Assembly: GCA_010093745.1 (NCBI GenBank) | Contig: MU005958.1 | Span: 186,001-250,000, forward strand | Length of the DNA: 64,000 nt | Direction: 5' to 3' | From: Piedraia hortae CBS 480.64 | Lineage: Eukaryota | Shown: piece after piece, positions 24,161 to 36,267 of the stretch | Layout of the letters: the number at the start of each line of letters is the position of its first letter | Numbering within the stretch: position 1 is the first letter of the stretch | Program-made: the position numbers and the translations under genes | The notes under the pieces: model-generated | The model's database searches: none | What the model was told of the DNA's origin: nothing | What the model saw: only the letters and a program-made list of their open reading frames with translations

Positions 24161-24547
24161 ATGCAATTCACCACACTCTTTACCTTCGCACTCGCCAGCT
24201 GGGCTGGCACAGCCTTAGGGGTACCGACTTCTTCTTCCGAGGTGGCTCTACACCACAACAAGTGTCGAGCAACAGACCATTTGTTCTATGTTACCTATAC
24301 GGTCGACATCGATAACGCTGGCCGCGGATGCAGGAGCGTGGTCAAGAACGTTGACAAGGCTTTCTGCCAAAAGGCTTCGTTTAACCTCTATGATTGCACG
24401 CAGGTCACTTGTCGACAGTACACGGATGGCAGCGTGAGGGTCAATCTTAATATTCATGGGGCAAATAACAAAAAGGCCGCGCAGCTGAATAAGGTGCTCA
24501 AGAAGACATTTCCGGCTGTAGGCAAGTTTACTTGTCCTGCTTATTAG
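24161..24547 (+). CDS. Small secreted Cys-rich protein, family unknown
   Basis: Signal peptide MQFTTLFTFALASWAGTALG; 128 aa; 6 Cys. Confidence 0.8.
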   Translation: MQFTTLFTFALASWAGTALGVPTSSSEVALHHNKCRATDHLFYVTYTVDIDNAGRGCRSVVKNVDKAFCQKASFNLYDCTQVTCRQYTDGSVRVNLNIHGANNKKAAQLNKVLKKTFPAVGKFTCPAY

Positions 24548-24637
24548 ATGAACTTTGATGATTGATGAATGTTCATGGTTGATGATTGATGTTAATGGGC
24601 TTCGTTCATAGTTCATACATGACTGCTACAGTTTTGT

Positions 24638-25163
24638 TTACTTTTTCTTCGTGTCAACGCTCTCAGTGGTTATGGCCGAGTCAGACGTCTCGACTTTCTC
24701 CAGGTGATGGGTATCAGCGGGGGAGTCGAGATCCTCCGCGAGCGGTCCGTGGATACTTTCTTCGTACTCCACAATAGCCTCAGGATCGACAGCCTCGAAT
24801 TTGGTGCTGAGAGCAGCCATCATAGAGGCATGGCTGGAGCTGTTGGAACGACGGCGGGTCTTGTTCATGTTATACTCGCAGTCTTCAAGTTCAGACATTC
24901 CCTGGCGGCCCCTTATAATTCATCCACAATCAGTGGGGTTCGTGGAACAGCTAGGAGATGACATACCAGTTACCTTTACCACCACCATGTTTCTTCGTAT
25001 CACCGGGATTGTTGCCAACGTACCTGGACTTGCCAAAGTGGCGAGGAACGCCTTTGGAATCCGGGCAGGTGCCGGAGTGGTCACGGTCAGTGGACTTGTG
25101 GGTACGGGTCACTGTTACGTTGTTAGGAGCAATATCACACCCATCGATGGGAGATGCTTTACT
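24638..25163 (-). CDS. STF2-like / HABP4-type small protein; ATG split by an intron
   Basis: A(25163)|intron 25162-25112|TG ACC CGT gives MTRTHKSTDRDH..KKHGGGKGNW, then intron 24966-24912, then GRQGMSELED. Confidence 0.8.
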
Positions 25164-26490
25164 GGTGACGATTGTTGAAATGATTGTTGTCGAAGTTGAA
25201 GTCAGAATGGAAAGGAGCTGGAAGGAGGTGTGGCACGCGACCACATCTTGATTCGGCACACTGGAATAAACCGGGGACCTTCAAGTGGGGCCCTGGGGGC
25301 GGGGGTGATGGTATCATAGATAAACAACAACGGGTCTGGTGGGTTCTCGAGGCTCATGGCTTGCTTTGATAGACTGTAATGGCTCAACGGTTGGGAAAAC
25401 TACATGCATATCACTTTCTACCCACCTTCTCAATTGATTCCTCGTTGAATGGCGTCGCAGACAGCCTGCCTGTTGGTACATAAACAATTGCGGGGCCCCG
25501 CATTTCAATGACGGAATGACGGTTGAAACCGCTGTACCTGCAGAGACTTGCACTTGATTGGGGCATGGACACCAGGGTAGATATGAGGACCACCCTCACC
25601 GCTTATCTCCAACCTCCTATCATGAGCGTCTGCAGGAGACGGAATCCGAATCCAATATCAATCCCCTGATGGCCAAATGAAATTCGGTCTCGCTGATTAT
25701 CTATCGGAAGGGGCCTCCTGATTCCGATAAGAGGTGAATCAAAGAGCGAATATCCCCAAACTCAAAGGTGTGGCATCTGAACTCGATAATTTTGGCTCCG
25801 GACAGGCATCAATCACGCCATTCATATGAACAATGAGCATATTGAATGTATGCGCAAGGGTAAGCAGAGGTGAGATGTGATTCTGGCTGCGTACCACTCT
25901 CAAGTAATAGGTGTTGTTACGCAACATTTAACAGCTCCATCCCGTCTCTACCTGACCGAGTAGCAAGGCAACTCATTTTCCCTGACCAATACGTTTGCAG
26001 CTGGATCTTATTCTGCCCAATCAACTCCAACTCTGCACTCGACGGCCAGCGCGGTTCGTTTGGGTGGGAGCGGTCTGTTCCGTGAGGACATCCTTATACA
26101 TGCACGTAAGAGTCCTGCGGGACAATTCGATTGTACAATATGTACAAGGACGCGAAACGCGCTCATCGACTTCATCAACCGAGCAGCGTATGTGTTGGCT
26201 CATGTTCTTCATCGCGAAGGGAGGGCAGTTCATTTGTAAACACAGAATTCCTACGTGGCCAAAGCAAAGCTTGGACGGGAACAAGGATCGCCCTCCATGA
26301 ACTGCACCAGGATGATGTCAGCCCAGCGCCGTTGATTCCATTGCTTGCTTTGCGCCGGCAGCTCCCGAACGGGGACCATGTCCGGGGACGCCCCCAGCCA
26401 GCCGAGTCAGTTGCCGCGTGAGCTTCCGGCGCAAACTGGATTCGAAGAATTAAAACGTCCATGTCGCCATCCGCCACAAAGTCGTGAATA

Positions 26491-28048
26491 ATGTTGAGCA
26501 ACGAGAAAACGGCCGGCGACGGCGCAACGACCATTAATGATGCGACCGTCAACGACTTTAACGTGCCGCAATGTCCGCCACATACGACCGAGTCGAAGCT
26601 GATGAGGCGGATTGACCTGCACGTTATTCCTTTTCTCTGCATCTTGTACCTGCTTGGTATGTAGCCGCTGAATGGGGGTTGTTGTTTTACTGATCAAAGG
26701 ACCAGCTTTCCTGGATCGCGTCAATATTGGCAATGCAAATGTCTATGGTCTTGCAAAGGATTTGAAGCTCAAAGGACACGAATACAATGTCGCGCTTGTC
26801 GTCTTCTTCGTGCCCTATATTCTGTTTGAGATCCCGAGTAATGTCCTCTTGAAGCATTTCAAGCCGCGCCTATGGCTCAGTTTCAACATGTTTGGTTTTG
26901 GGGTTGTTACCATGTGTCAAGGCTTCGTCAAGAATTATGCCGGTCTCTTGGTGACGAGAACCCTCCTCGGAGTGTTCGAGACGGGCATGTTCCCAGGCTG
27001 CTTCTACCTCATCAGCATGTGGTATAAGCGCAGTGAAGCTCAAAAGCGATATACGTTCTTCTTCGGTTCAACTACTCTGGCTGGGGCGTTTGGTGGCCTT
27101 ATCGCAGCCGGGATCGGTCACATGGATGGCACTGCTGGGTACAAAGGTTGGCGGTGGATCTTCATCTTGGAAGGTCTCTTAACGGCTGTCATTGCCATTC
27201 TATTCTTTTTCATTCTTCCAAACTTCCCAGAGGACACAAAGTGGCTTACTCCAGAGGAAAAGACCTATGTCGCTGCTCGACTCCAGGTGGATCAAGGCAA
27301 AGCAGCGCTTGAGCGCAAGATGACGGGCAGAGACGTTGCCCGACTTTTCAAAGACTGGAAGATATACCCCGGAGCCTTCATGTACATGGGTACACTGGTG
27401 GCAGCCTACGGGCAAGTGACTCTCCACTTACAGTACACGGCAGCTAACAAGCATAGATATGCATATTTCAGCCCAACATTGATCAAGACGTACGGATACT
27501 CGCCCATCCACACACAACTATTTTCCGTCCCTCCATGGGCAGCCGCATTTGTAGTGGCCATGACCGTGGCCGCCCTTTCCGACAAAGTGAAGATGCGCAT
27601 GCCCTTTGCGCTCTTCTGCACTACATTGGCGCTGATTGGCTTCTGCATTCTCGTTTCGGTGCACGACAACATTGACCTCCAATACGGAGCCCTCTTCCTT
27701 GTCACCTGCGGCTCCTACTCGAGCATGCCGCTGCTCATCTGCTGGTTCACAATGAATCTAGGTGGACATCATCGACGCTCGGTCGGCACCGCGTGGATGA
27801 TCAGCGTTGGGAATATTGGCGGCATTATTGCCGTTTTCGCTTTCCTACAGGCGGATGCACCAAAGTATATCAAGGGCTACAGTATTTGTCTCGCCTTTGA
27901 CGTTTTGGCACTGGTGACTATTGTTACGTATGCCATCATGTGCTTGTCTGCTAATCGAAAACGCAGACGAGGAGGCCCGTCGCATCTGACGGAGGAGGAG
28001 AAGACGGATCTTGGAGATATGAACCCGGATTACAGATATCTTTTGTAA
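26491..28048 (+). CDS. MFS transporter, ACS family (Dal5/Tna1-like)
   Basis: KLMRRIDLHVIPFLCILYLL|AFLDRVNIGNA, GWRWIFILEG, NPDYRYLL; introns 26657-26706 and 27412-27456. Confidence 0.92.
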
Positions 28049-28238
28049 TGTTTAGGACATTTAGTTTGTCTATCTGATGATTGATGTGAGCAGTTGTCGT
28101 ACCCACGGGGTTAGAATGGAGAGAGCTGGAAGGTGAACGACTCCAAGTCCGAACATCCAGACGGTCAAACTACCCCCGGCACGATTGAACACCAATTCCT
28201 CGACCATCATCTGGATGGTTTCGGTGGTGGACCCACCA

Positions 28239-28248
28239 TTAGGGTTAG
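28239..28248 (+). promoter_or_regulatory. Telobox (TTAGGG; Tbf1-type site) upstream of RPS23
   Basis: TTAGGGTTAG ~95 nt before the ATG. A similar TAACCCTAA lies at 52698-52706. Confidence 0.5.
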
Positions 28249-28343
28249 TCGTGCCAAGTCGGGACCTTCCGCGCACGCTGAGCGTGCACCCTATCTGCAA
28301 AATTCCACCACCCACACCAACTCGCTGCCGGCACTAACAAAAC

Positions 28344-28902
28344 ATGGGTAAAGGAAAACCGAGAGGTCTGCTCGCGGCGCGCAAGCTCCGCAACCACCGT
28401 CGCGAGGGCAAATGGGCCGATCTTCACTACAAGAAGCGTCTCCTGGGCACTGCGTTCAAGTCTTCGCCCTTTGGCGTGAGTTTGCCTTTCCCTCTGGGGA
28501 GAATGGATGGAGAGCTGATGATAAACAGGGATCATCGCATGCAAAGGGCATCGTCCTCGAAAAGGTCGGTGTAGAGGCCAAACAGCCCAACTCGGCTATT
28601 CGCAAGTGCGTGCGTGTACAGCTCATCAAGAACGGGAAGAAGGTTACTGCTTTCGGTAGGTGTTCCCATCCCGAAGGGGAGGGGGGGGGGGGAGCCAGGA
28701 GAGTGATGGTTAATTGGTTGCAGTGCCGAACGACGGTTGTCTGAACTTTGTGGATGAGAATGACGAGGTCCTCCTGGCTGGATTCGGTCGCAAGGGAAAG
28801 GCCAAGGGTGACATCCCCGGTGTGCGGTTCAAGGTCGTAAAGGTTTCGGGCGTGGGTCTGCTGGCCCTCTGGAAAGAGAAGAAGGAGAAGCCTCGTTCGT
28901 AG
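28344..28902 (+). CDS. RPS23: 40S ribosomal protein S23 (uS12); 3 exons
   Basis: [45 protein letters not shown]. Confidence 0.97.
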
Positions 28903-29025
28903 GTCTATCGCAAAATCGATGCCCGTTCGGGGGGCTACGCTTTACTCTCTTCTACCACTGCGTGGATTGTAACGAAATGAATATCTACATCCAAAGGAAG
29001 TTGATCAAATCTAACGGGTCTGGCT

Positions 29026-30411
29026 CTACTTCAAGGTTACCAGTTCCTCGGAGCTGGTCGGGTGGATGGCTACGCAAGAGTCAAAATCGGCCTTGGTGGC
29101 TCCCATCTTAATGGCAACTCCAAAGCCCTGCAACATCTCTGCGCTGCCGGCGCCCAGGATGTGCAGACCGACGACCTTTTCCTCGGGACCTACACACACC
29201 AGCTTGTAGCTCGTGGGGCCTTTGTCTGCTGCATCCATCATGGCATAATACATGGCAGTGAACGATGTCTGGTAGACCTTGACCTGATCGTTGCCGTACT
29301 TTTGCCTTGCCTGGGGCTCTGTCAGGCCGATTGTGCCAACCTCGGGATGGGAAAACACAACTGAAGGGATATTGGAATACTCCAGCCGTGCACCCTTTTT
29401 CCCACCAAACAATCGGTCTGCCAGCCGTCGACCCGCAGCGATGGCCACGGGCGTCAGCTCGAAGCCGCGGTCACACACATCACCCAAGGCGTAAATGTGC
29501 GACACGTTTGTGTTTTGGAATTCATCAACTTTGATATGACCGGCCGCATTGGTTTCCACGCCGCTGGCTTTCAGATTCAGCCGCTTCGTCTCGGGAACAC
29601 GGCCAATAGCCCAGATGAGGCAGTCAACGTCCACCGAGCCGCCGTCGTAGTGTAAGCGCTTGATGCCGTTCCCCACGTCTTCCACGCGTGAGGGAGACGT
29701 TCGCTTGTGCAGTTGGATCCCCTGTCGTTCGTATTCTGCCACGACCTTTTCCTGGATCATGGGGTCAAATGAGCGTAGGAAGGTGTTATGTCGTATAAAG
29801 AGATGCGTCTCACTGCCCAGAGCATGCAGCACTCCGGCCAATTCAATGGCAATGTAACCTGCACCGACCACTGCGACCTTTTTCGGCTGTTGCTCAAGTT
29901 CAAAGAAGCCATCGCTGTCGATGCCTAGCTCTGCGCCGGGCACATCCGCTTTCTTGGGATGACCGCCTACCGCGATAAGGACCTTTTGCGGCGAGAAGAA
30001 CAATTGGCTGCCATCGTCCTGAGTCACTTTGATTGTCTTTGCGTCCTCGAATGATGCTGTGCCATGGTGATATTCCACCTTGTCGTTTTCCAAGTTCTTG
30101 GCATAGATGCCGTTCAATCGGCGCACGTAATCGGCGCGTTTCTTGGCGAAGACTGGCCAGTCAAATGGTGCAGCCTCTTTTACGCTGAAGCCGTAAGCCT
30201 TTGCGTCCTTTATGGTCTCGGCTATGGACGCGGCGCTCCACGTCACCTTCTTGGGCACGCAGCCGGCGTTTACGCAGGTTCCGCCCAGCTTTTTGTTCTC
30301 TATAGCAACAACCTTGGCCCCGTATATACTACTGGCTCTTCGTGCACTCGCCAGTCCCCCGGATCCACCGCCAATGACCAGCAGATCGCATTCTTTCCGA
30401 ATGGGCGCCAT
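29026..30411 (-). CDS. GLR1: Glutathione reductase
   Basis: [35 protein letters not shown]. Confidence 0.96.
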   Translation of the reverse strand: MAPIRKECDLLVIGGGSGGLASARRASSIYGAKVVAIENKKLGGTCVNAGCVPKKVTWSAASIAETIKDAKAYGFSVKEAAPFDWPVFAKKRADYVRRLNGIYAKNLENDKVEYHHGTASFEDAKTIKVTQDDGSQLFFSPQKVLIAVGGHPKKADVPGAELGIDSDGFFELEQQPKKVAVVGAGYIAIELAGVLHALGSETHLFIRHNTFLRSFDPMIQEKVVAEYERQGIQLHKRTSPSRVEDVGNGIKRLHYDGGSVDVDCLIWAIGRVPETKRLNLKASGVETNAAGHIKVDEFQNTNVSHIYALGDVCDRGFELTPVAIAAGRRLADRLFGGKKGARLEYSNIPSVVFSHPEVGTIGLTEPQARQKYGNDQVKVYQTSFTAMYYAMMDAADKGPTSYKLVCVGPEEKVVGLHILGAGSAEMLQGFGVAIKMGATKADFDSCVAIHPTSSEELVTLK

Positions 30412-30732
30412 AGACTGGAAATGCCGCGAGAATGCGGTCAGTCGGGGTTCGTGCGCCGTGATCGATATGCGTCCGCCAGAAGCGAAACGCGAGATGGGAC
30501 GAGTAGACAGCTTGAATAGTAAGCCGCCAACCGCGGCTCTTACAGTAACGTCTCTGTCCTAACCCTTGGCGACAGCCTTCCAGGACCCCGCAGATTGCGT
30601 CATTCATTACGTAAGCAGCCTGGATCTTCGGAAGCGGCGATCCGGGGCTCACGTGCAAACGTCAACCCGCCATCTGACAGTATCCAGACTCGGTTGACAC
30701 TCGGCAACGACCCATTTTTACGTTCGCACACC

Positions 30733-33486
30733 ATGACGGGAAACGCGCCTCCCGCACATCTTAATGCGCGTCTCTGCTGCAACCATTCGCGGCGCAAGTC
30801 TTCGGCCACCTCCTCCCGCCGCAATAGCCTGTCCTCAGCCCACTCGCATGCGTCTTCCCGGTCGTACCGACGGCGACTGTCAGAAGCATGTCAGAGTCAC
30901 CATGTCGCCCAGCACCTGCGTCGCGCGTCCATCATTCAGTCACGGAAGGACCGCCTGGCCGACCGTGCTGTCCATGCCGAGCAGGTGCGGTTGCGCGCTG
31001 CACTGGCCAAGGCAGCTCCCAGAGTGTGTCCCAGCTCAATTGAAGAGAAAGCGCTGGCAGCCCAGCTTGCAAAAGAAAAATATCTGGCAAAAGTGGCCGC
31101 TACATGTGCCGAAGAAGTCGCGCGCGCCAAGCGCATTGCGGAGGAGGTCAAGGAACGCAAGCTGGCCGAAGAGGCTCGGCTGCGAGTGGAAATGGAGGAA
31201 AGACAGGAGGAAGCGCGCAAACGTCGGCTTGGATTCCAGCGCAGTCTGCAGACGAGACGGGCAAGAAGGGTCGACAGTGCCGCAAAGGGTCTTGCCGTGG
31301 TTGAGGAAGTCGGAGACGAGGCAGTTAATTCTAACCTGAATGAAGACATTGCTGCTCGGCGTATCCAACGTGCCTGGCGCCTGGCTAGACAGCGTGCCAT
31401 TGTTGACGCCTTCATGAGCCACGACGTGACCGTAGACGCCACCAGCAGGACATCCTTTGAGGAACTGACGGAGCTGCTTGGCAATGCCACTATCATTTCG
31501 GCCACGACGGCAATGTTGACCCATATGGGCCTCCAAGCAGCCGACGACGAGCACGCGGCGCTGAACACTCGTACATTTCTAAGTGCGTACATGGTTGCTG
31601 CTCATCCCGAACAGGTGCTCCAGAACCAACAAGGCGCGCAGGAGCAGGACCTCCTGGCCAAGGCGGGCGAACTTCTTCAAAGCTTCGAAACGGCCATCTC
31701 CCGCCTGGCTCCGTGGAATAACTATCATCCGGACCCAATGGAGCGGGAGGCTCTTTCCCAGTCTTATTCGGCCTACACTTCGGCCTTTGCTGCCTGGAGG
31801 CTGCAGGATTCGTCTGTTTTGATAGAGGGCATGGTAGCTTCCTTTGTCGAAATGGATGCAATCTTGCAAACAATTCAGGGCGACACGCGCGGTGAAGCTG
31901 CCAATGACTACCGCGCAGCCATTCGTGATAATCAGGTCATGTTGCTCGCCCGTATCAAGAAATTGGCTGGTACTGAACGGGCGACGGAGCTGATTAAGAA
32001 GGGGATTCGCGACTCTCGCAGGAGGAGGCCCAAGAAGCCCAATGTCGCTGACGTGCGGCCTCGGGTGGTTGAGCCCTCTCATCCGGAAGAAGAGTCCGAA
32101 CAGAGCGTCGATGCTGCTGAGGCCCTGACCCAGGCCGCGGCAGAATGGCCCCTCGGTGGACAATCTACAACGGATATAACCCGCCAGATATTCTCTCCAA
32201 TGCCCAGCAACAGGGTTCTTGCTCATGAAATGGCCATTGATAAAGATTATCGTTTGGTCGACCGCTCACAGGAACTGCGGGCCGATCTGTATCGTTCCAT
32301 CTGTGCAGCTATGAAACAAGGGTTCGAAAGCGGCAACGGAGCAATGTGGACCATTAGTGCAGCTGAGAACATTCGGGAAAAATTGCTGAGAATGCTCAAG
32401 GCCGGCAACAGCATGCACAACCTCATCTCCGAGGCGCTGGACCTGGAGAACATCAATCGGCAATGCCAAGCGGGAATCTTCTCGTATGAAGCTTTCTTTG
32501 AATTTATGGCAAACGTTCTGCCCAAAGTGTGTGCCCCGTTTCGAGATGCTGAGATTGCTGCCGTTTCTGATATGCTGCGGGCTTCTCCTGCCGAGGACGA
32601 GTCTCAGCTACACGCTATGATTGGAAAGTTATTCAAGCTGATGAGGACGGTTGACATGCTTTCACTGGATTACACGAATTTTATGTTGATGAACGCAGCT
32701 CCCACGCTGATCAGGGAGGCGCCAGGATATGAAGCACGATCATTTGCTGCCGACTTAGAATGTGGTCGGATCACGCTGGAACGAACAAAGAGATGGTATA
32801 GAACAGCTTATGATGCCCTCAGCGCCGAGGCAGATGGACGAGATCCCGAGGGCATTCGACTGGACCGAGTGAAGCCCGAAAAGGCATATGCTCGTGGACT
32901 AGTTGACCTAGCAGTCGCTCAGGGACAGCTGGAGGATGACACCATTCCGGAAACATTGCATCTGGATGCCGAGCGTTTGCGGCATCTGCGTCAGCGATCG
33001 GTTCGCATCACGGTGATTGGAGCTGTGCTCCTCACTGCCAAAAGCCTCCTCAAGCGTGATGGAAGATCGCAATGGAAGAACGAGGCAGCCCGGCTCTGGC
33101 AGCTACTTGATGATCAAACGCAAGAGGCTTCTGACATAGCCCACAAGGCGTTTAGCGTGCTGGAAACGGCACACAACATGCCACCACAGACGAAGCAGCA
33201 ACTCTCAGGCACAATCGGGCGGTTCTTGGGTCAGGCAAATACGGGGCTAACGGACCCGGTGTTGAAGGTGCTCTTCCAGCGACTACGAACGCATGTCTAC
33301 AACCGACTCAGTGCATTTACGTCGTCGGAGCGGGTTCGTGCCGCTTCGTCTGCTACCGAAGCACTCACGTCTATCGGTCTGGGAGAGATGACGGCTCACG
33401 TAGCTGCAATGGTCACGACGTTGGAACGGGTCAAGGTTGTGGACTGGCAGGCACATGCACAGTGGTATGAGCAAATTATTTCGTGA
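30733..33486 (+). CDS. T-complex 11/SOK1-like protein with IQ motif
   Basis: AARRIQRAWR IQ motif; RTFLSAYMV..HPEQVL, LAHEMAID, CAPFRD, IPETLHLDAERL. Confidence 0.85.
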   Translation: MTGNAPPAHLNARLCCNHSRRKSSATSSRRNSLSSAHSHASSRSYRRRLSEACQSHHVAQHLRRASIIQSRKDRLADRAVHAEQVRLRAALAKAAPRVCPSSIEEKALAAQLAKEKYLAKVAATCAEEVARAKRIAEEVKERKLAEEARLRVEMEERQEEARKRRLGFQRSLQTRRARRVDSAAKGLAVVEEVGDEAVNSNLNEDIAARRIQRAWRLARQRAIVDAFMSHDVTVDATSRTSFEELTELLGNATIISATTAMLTHMGLQAADDEHAALNTRTFLSAYMVAAHPEQVLQNQQGAQEQDLLAKAGELLQSFETAISRLAPWNNYHPDPMEREALSQSYSAYTSAFAAWRLQDSSVLIEGMVASFVEMDAILQTIQGDTRGEAANDYRAAIRDNQVMLLARIKKLAGTERATELIKKGIRDSRRRRPKKPNVADVRPRVVEPSHPEEESEQSVDAAEALTQAAAEWPLGGQSTTDITRQIFSPMPSNRVLAHEMAIDKDYRLVDRSQELRADLYRSICAAMKQGFESGNGAMWTISAAENIREKLLRMLKAGNSMHNLISEALDLENINRQCQAGIFSYEAFFEFMANVLPKVCAPFRDAEIAAVSDMLRASPAEDESQLHAMIGKLFKLMRTVDMLSLDYTNFMLMNAAPTLIREAPGYEARSFAADLECGRITLERTKRWYRTAYDALSAEADGRDPEGIRLDRVKPEKAYARGLVDLAVAQGQLEDDTIPETLHLDAERLRHLRQRSVRITVIGAVLLTAKSLLKRDGRSQWKNEAARLWQLLDDQTQEASDIAHKAFSVLETAHNMPPQTKQQLSGTIGRFLGQANTGLTDPVLKVLFQRLRTHVYNRLSAFTSSERVRAASSATEALTSIGLGEMTAHVAAMVTTLERVKVVDWQAHAQWYEQIIS

Positions 33487-33660
33487 TTATGTCCTTTGAG
33501 ATGTGACTAGTATTTAAGCTATTGACTTTTGATTCTTCCGTGCTTCCATCTCGATGTGTGCAGTCGCACCAGTGACGTCACCAGATCTTTCTTCCCCAGA
33601 CTTCCCTTAGCTGCCAATTCCGACTTCAACAAACGTCATTGCAGCACGGCCTGGAAAACA

Positions 33661-35511
33661 ATGTCGTCAAGAGCTCTGCGCAAAGCTCTCCGGGAGCGCG
33701 AGGAGGAGGAGAAAGCCGAAGAAATAGAATCCAGCGATGAGTCTTTGCCGATCAAGAAAAGCAGCGCCTTTGCCCTCTTAGCCCAGGATGACTCTGACGA
33801 CGAGGAGCACTCCGACACAGAACCCCAGCCCGAGTCTGTAGATCCCCAATCCGGGACACAAACGAAGAAGAAGAAGAAGAAGAAGCGAAAGAAGAAAGGC
33901 AAGGGAAAAGGACCCGATGCCGGACTTGACGAAATCGATCTTGCACTTCGTCACCTGCGCAAGAATGGGAAATCCCAACCAGAAGCCTTGACCACAAATT
34001 CCCCCTGGCAGACCCTCCTCGCCATCGATATCAATAACCTCAGTCCCGAAGCCGAAATGCGCCGCCTCTTCGGCCGCATCACCACCGCCACCGACCCAAG
34101 CGAAGCAGACAGAGGAAACACCCGAGTCCAAAAACAAATGCAACAACTCCTTAACCCCAAGAACCGTCAAGCAACCATGGCCTCACGCAAAAGCCTCTAC
34201 ATCCAAGGCAAAGAAACCTGGCCCATGGCACCCGCAGGGGGTCTAAGCATGGACATCGTCGACACCTTCGACGACGGCAGCGTAATGTACACCTATATGC
34301 ACAACACATCCTACAACTCCGTGCAGCGCGAATTCGACTTCAGCGTCGATGCAATGGACCATGAAATGCTCCTGGAACTCATGCAGAAACATCCCTACCA
34401 TGTCGCTACGCTGTTGCAAGTCTCCGAGATGATGACGCAGGAGAGGGATGTGTCCACCGCGCGGGATCTACTCGAACGCGCGCTGTTCACGATGGGAAGG
34501 ACGGTCCATTCTTCTTTTGCGCGGAATCTGGCGCAGGGGAAGGCACGGCTGGATTTTGCGAAGAGGGAGAATCGCGAGTTTTGGCTCTGTGCGTGGAGGT
34601 ATATGCAGAGTCTTAGCATGGGGGCGACGTGGAGGACGGTTTATGAGTGGGCGAAGTTGTTGCTTGCGTTGGATCCTAAGGGGGATCCGTACAGGATTTG
34701 GCTCGTTCTAGATCAGTATGCCCTTAGGTCAAGGATGCATTTGGATTATTTGAATGTCTCGCGGGATCTGGAGTTGAAGCCTGATCAGGGAGCGCCGCAT
34801 ATGGCTTTTAGTCAGGCTTTGGCGGAGGTGAGAGGAGGGGATAAAGATAAGGGGAAGCAGGATTTGTTTACTGCTATTGCGAAATATCCGTGGATGGTGG
34901 CGAGGATGATGCAGGAATTGGGGGTTGATGCTCCGCCTGCGGTTTGGGGGAAACAGCCTAGGACGGGGACGGAGATGTTACATGCTACGCTATATGCTGT
35001 GCGCGCGAAGGACATTTGGAACACGCCTGAAGCGACGAATCTCTTGGTAGAGGTTGCTTCGGCGGTACAGCCTACGGACAAGGAGACGGATACGTTTGAT
35101 GAACCCGTTAGGGAAAACGATGCGAGACATGTTCTGTTGACGAATGACCCACAGTTCATCGCATTGCTGCCAAGAGCGTACACGGCAAGGGTGGGAACGT
35201 CTTCGGACCCTCTGCCGCCCACGGCGACCACATGGAGCTTGGTTCAGGCTATGGAGGCTATGATGGCCGACTCCCCGGCTGATCCGAATGAGCCTACTAC
35301 CAGGTTCATGCAGAGCCTGAGAGAGAGCCTGAGAGAGGTCATTGCTCGTGTTGAGCAGTCTCAGACGGCATCTCCCTTTGTCCATGCGTGGCGGAACGGA
35401 ATTTTGCAGTGGTCGGGCGACGACTCACCTGAAGCTGAAGCTACTCGCAGGGCTGAAGAGAACCATCAGGCCCATGTGGAAGACGCGTCGGATCATGACG
35501 ATGATGAGTGA
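33661..35511 (+). CDS. RQC1: TCF25/Rqc1 ribosome quality-control protein
   Basis: MSSRALRK, poly-Lys, EAEMRRLFG, HPYHVATLLQVS, LLERALF, ENREFWL, EWAKLLLALDP. Confidence 0.88.
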   Translation: MSSRALRKALREREEEEKAEEIESSDESLPIKKSSAFALLAQDDSDDEEHSDTEPQPESVDPQSGTQTKKKKKKKRKKKGKGKGPDAGLDEIDLALRHLRKNGKSQPEALTTNSPWQTLLAIDINNLSPEAEMRRLFGRITTATDPSEADRGNTRVQKQMQQLLNPKNRQATMASRKSLYIQGKETWPMAPAGGLSMDIVDTFDDGSVMYTYMHNTSYNSVQREFDFSVDAMDHEMLLELMQKHPYHVATLLQVSEMMTQERDVSTARDLLERALFTMGRTVHSSFARNLAQGKARLDFAKRENREFWLCAWRYMQSLSMGATWRTVYEWAKLLLALDPKGDPYRIWLVLDQYALRSRMHLDYLNVSRDLELKPDQGAPHMAFSQALAEVRGGDKDKGKQDLFTAIAKYPWMVARMMQELGVDAPPAVWGKQPRTGTEMLHATLYAVRAKDIWNTPEATNLLVEVASAVQPTDKETDTFDEPVRENDARHVLLTNDPQFIALLPRAYTARVGTSSDPLPPTATTWSLVQAMEAMMADSPADPNEPTTRFMQSLRESLREVIARVEQSQTASPFVHAWRNGILQWSGDDSPEAEATRRAEENHQAHVEDASDHDDDE

Positions 35512-35586
35512 ATCCCCATCAGTCATACTGATGTTAGCATAGAGGAGAACGGTTTAGTATTGACCTATGACAATTACTGCAACCGT

Positions 35587-36023
35587 TTAGTCGAAGAGAC
35601 CGAAACCCATGTCCTCGTCTGATTCTTCCTTCTCTGTAGCTGTCGTTAGCCTGTAGTTCTTCATCTTGCAGCAGATACGCACCCTCTTCTTTCTCCTTCT
35701 TCTTCTCCTCCGCAGGCGCAGCGGCCTCACCACCGGCGGCGGGAGCAGCACCGGCCGCAGGCGCAGCAGCCCCGCCGCCAGATCCGACATTCAGCAGCAG
35801 TTCCTTGATGTCCTTGCCCTCGAGAGCCTTGGCAAAGAGAGTGCACCAGATGGGCTCGACGTCCTGAACACCAGCAGCCTGGATAAGGCTGTTGAGTTTG
35901 TCGGCCTATGATCGTCAGATTCAAGCCGTCTCAGAAAAAAAGTGATGAACATACAGTGATGTCCACTCCGTCATCGGCGAGGATGAGGGCGGCGTAAGAA
36001 GTCGCAAGTTCGGCAGTAGACAT
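35587..36023 (-). CDS. RPP1: 60S acidic ribosomal protein P1; 3 exons
   Basis: [36 protein letters not shown]. Confidence 0.96.
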
Positions 36024-36267
36024 TGTTGCAGATGACGAGATGCCAACAGCGCTCTGTGTCGTGAAGGTCTTCTTCTCGGTGTTGTGGGTAGTGCGGGTTT
36101 GGAGAGGATTTGGGTGAGGTGCGCACAAAAGTCTTGGCGCGGGCAGCCAACGCGGAATTGGTCCCGCAGATCGCCGCCCACGGAACGGTTCCGTGCAGTC
36201 CCGTTCGCAGAATGCGGGGCCCCGCCCTCGGGGTGCAGGGAATCTCTCCATCCACCAGCTAAAAGCC

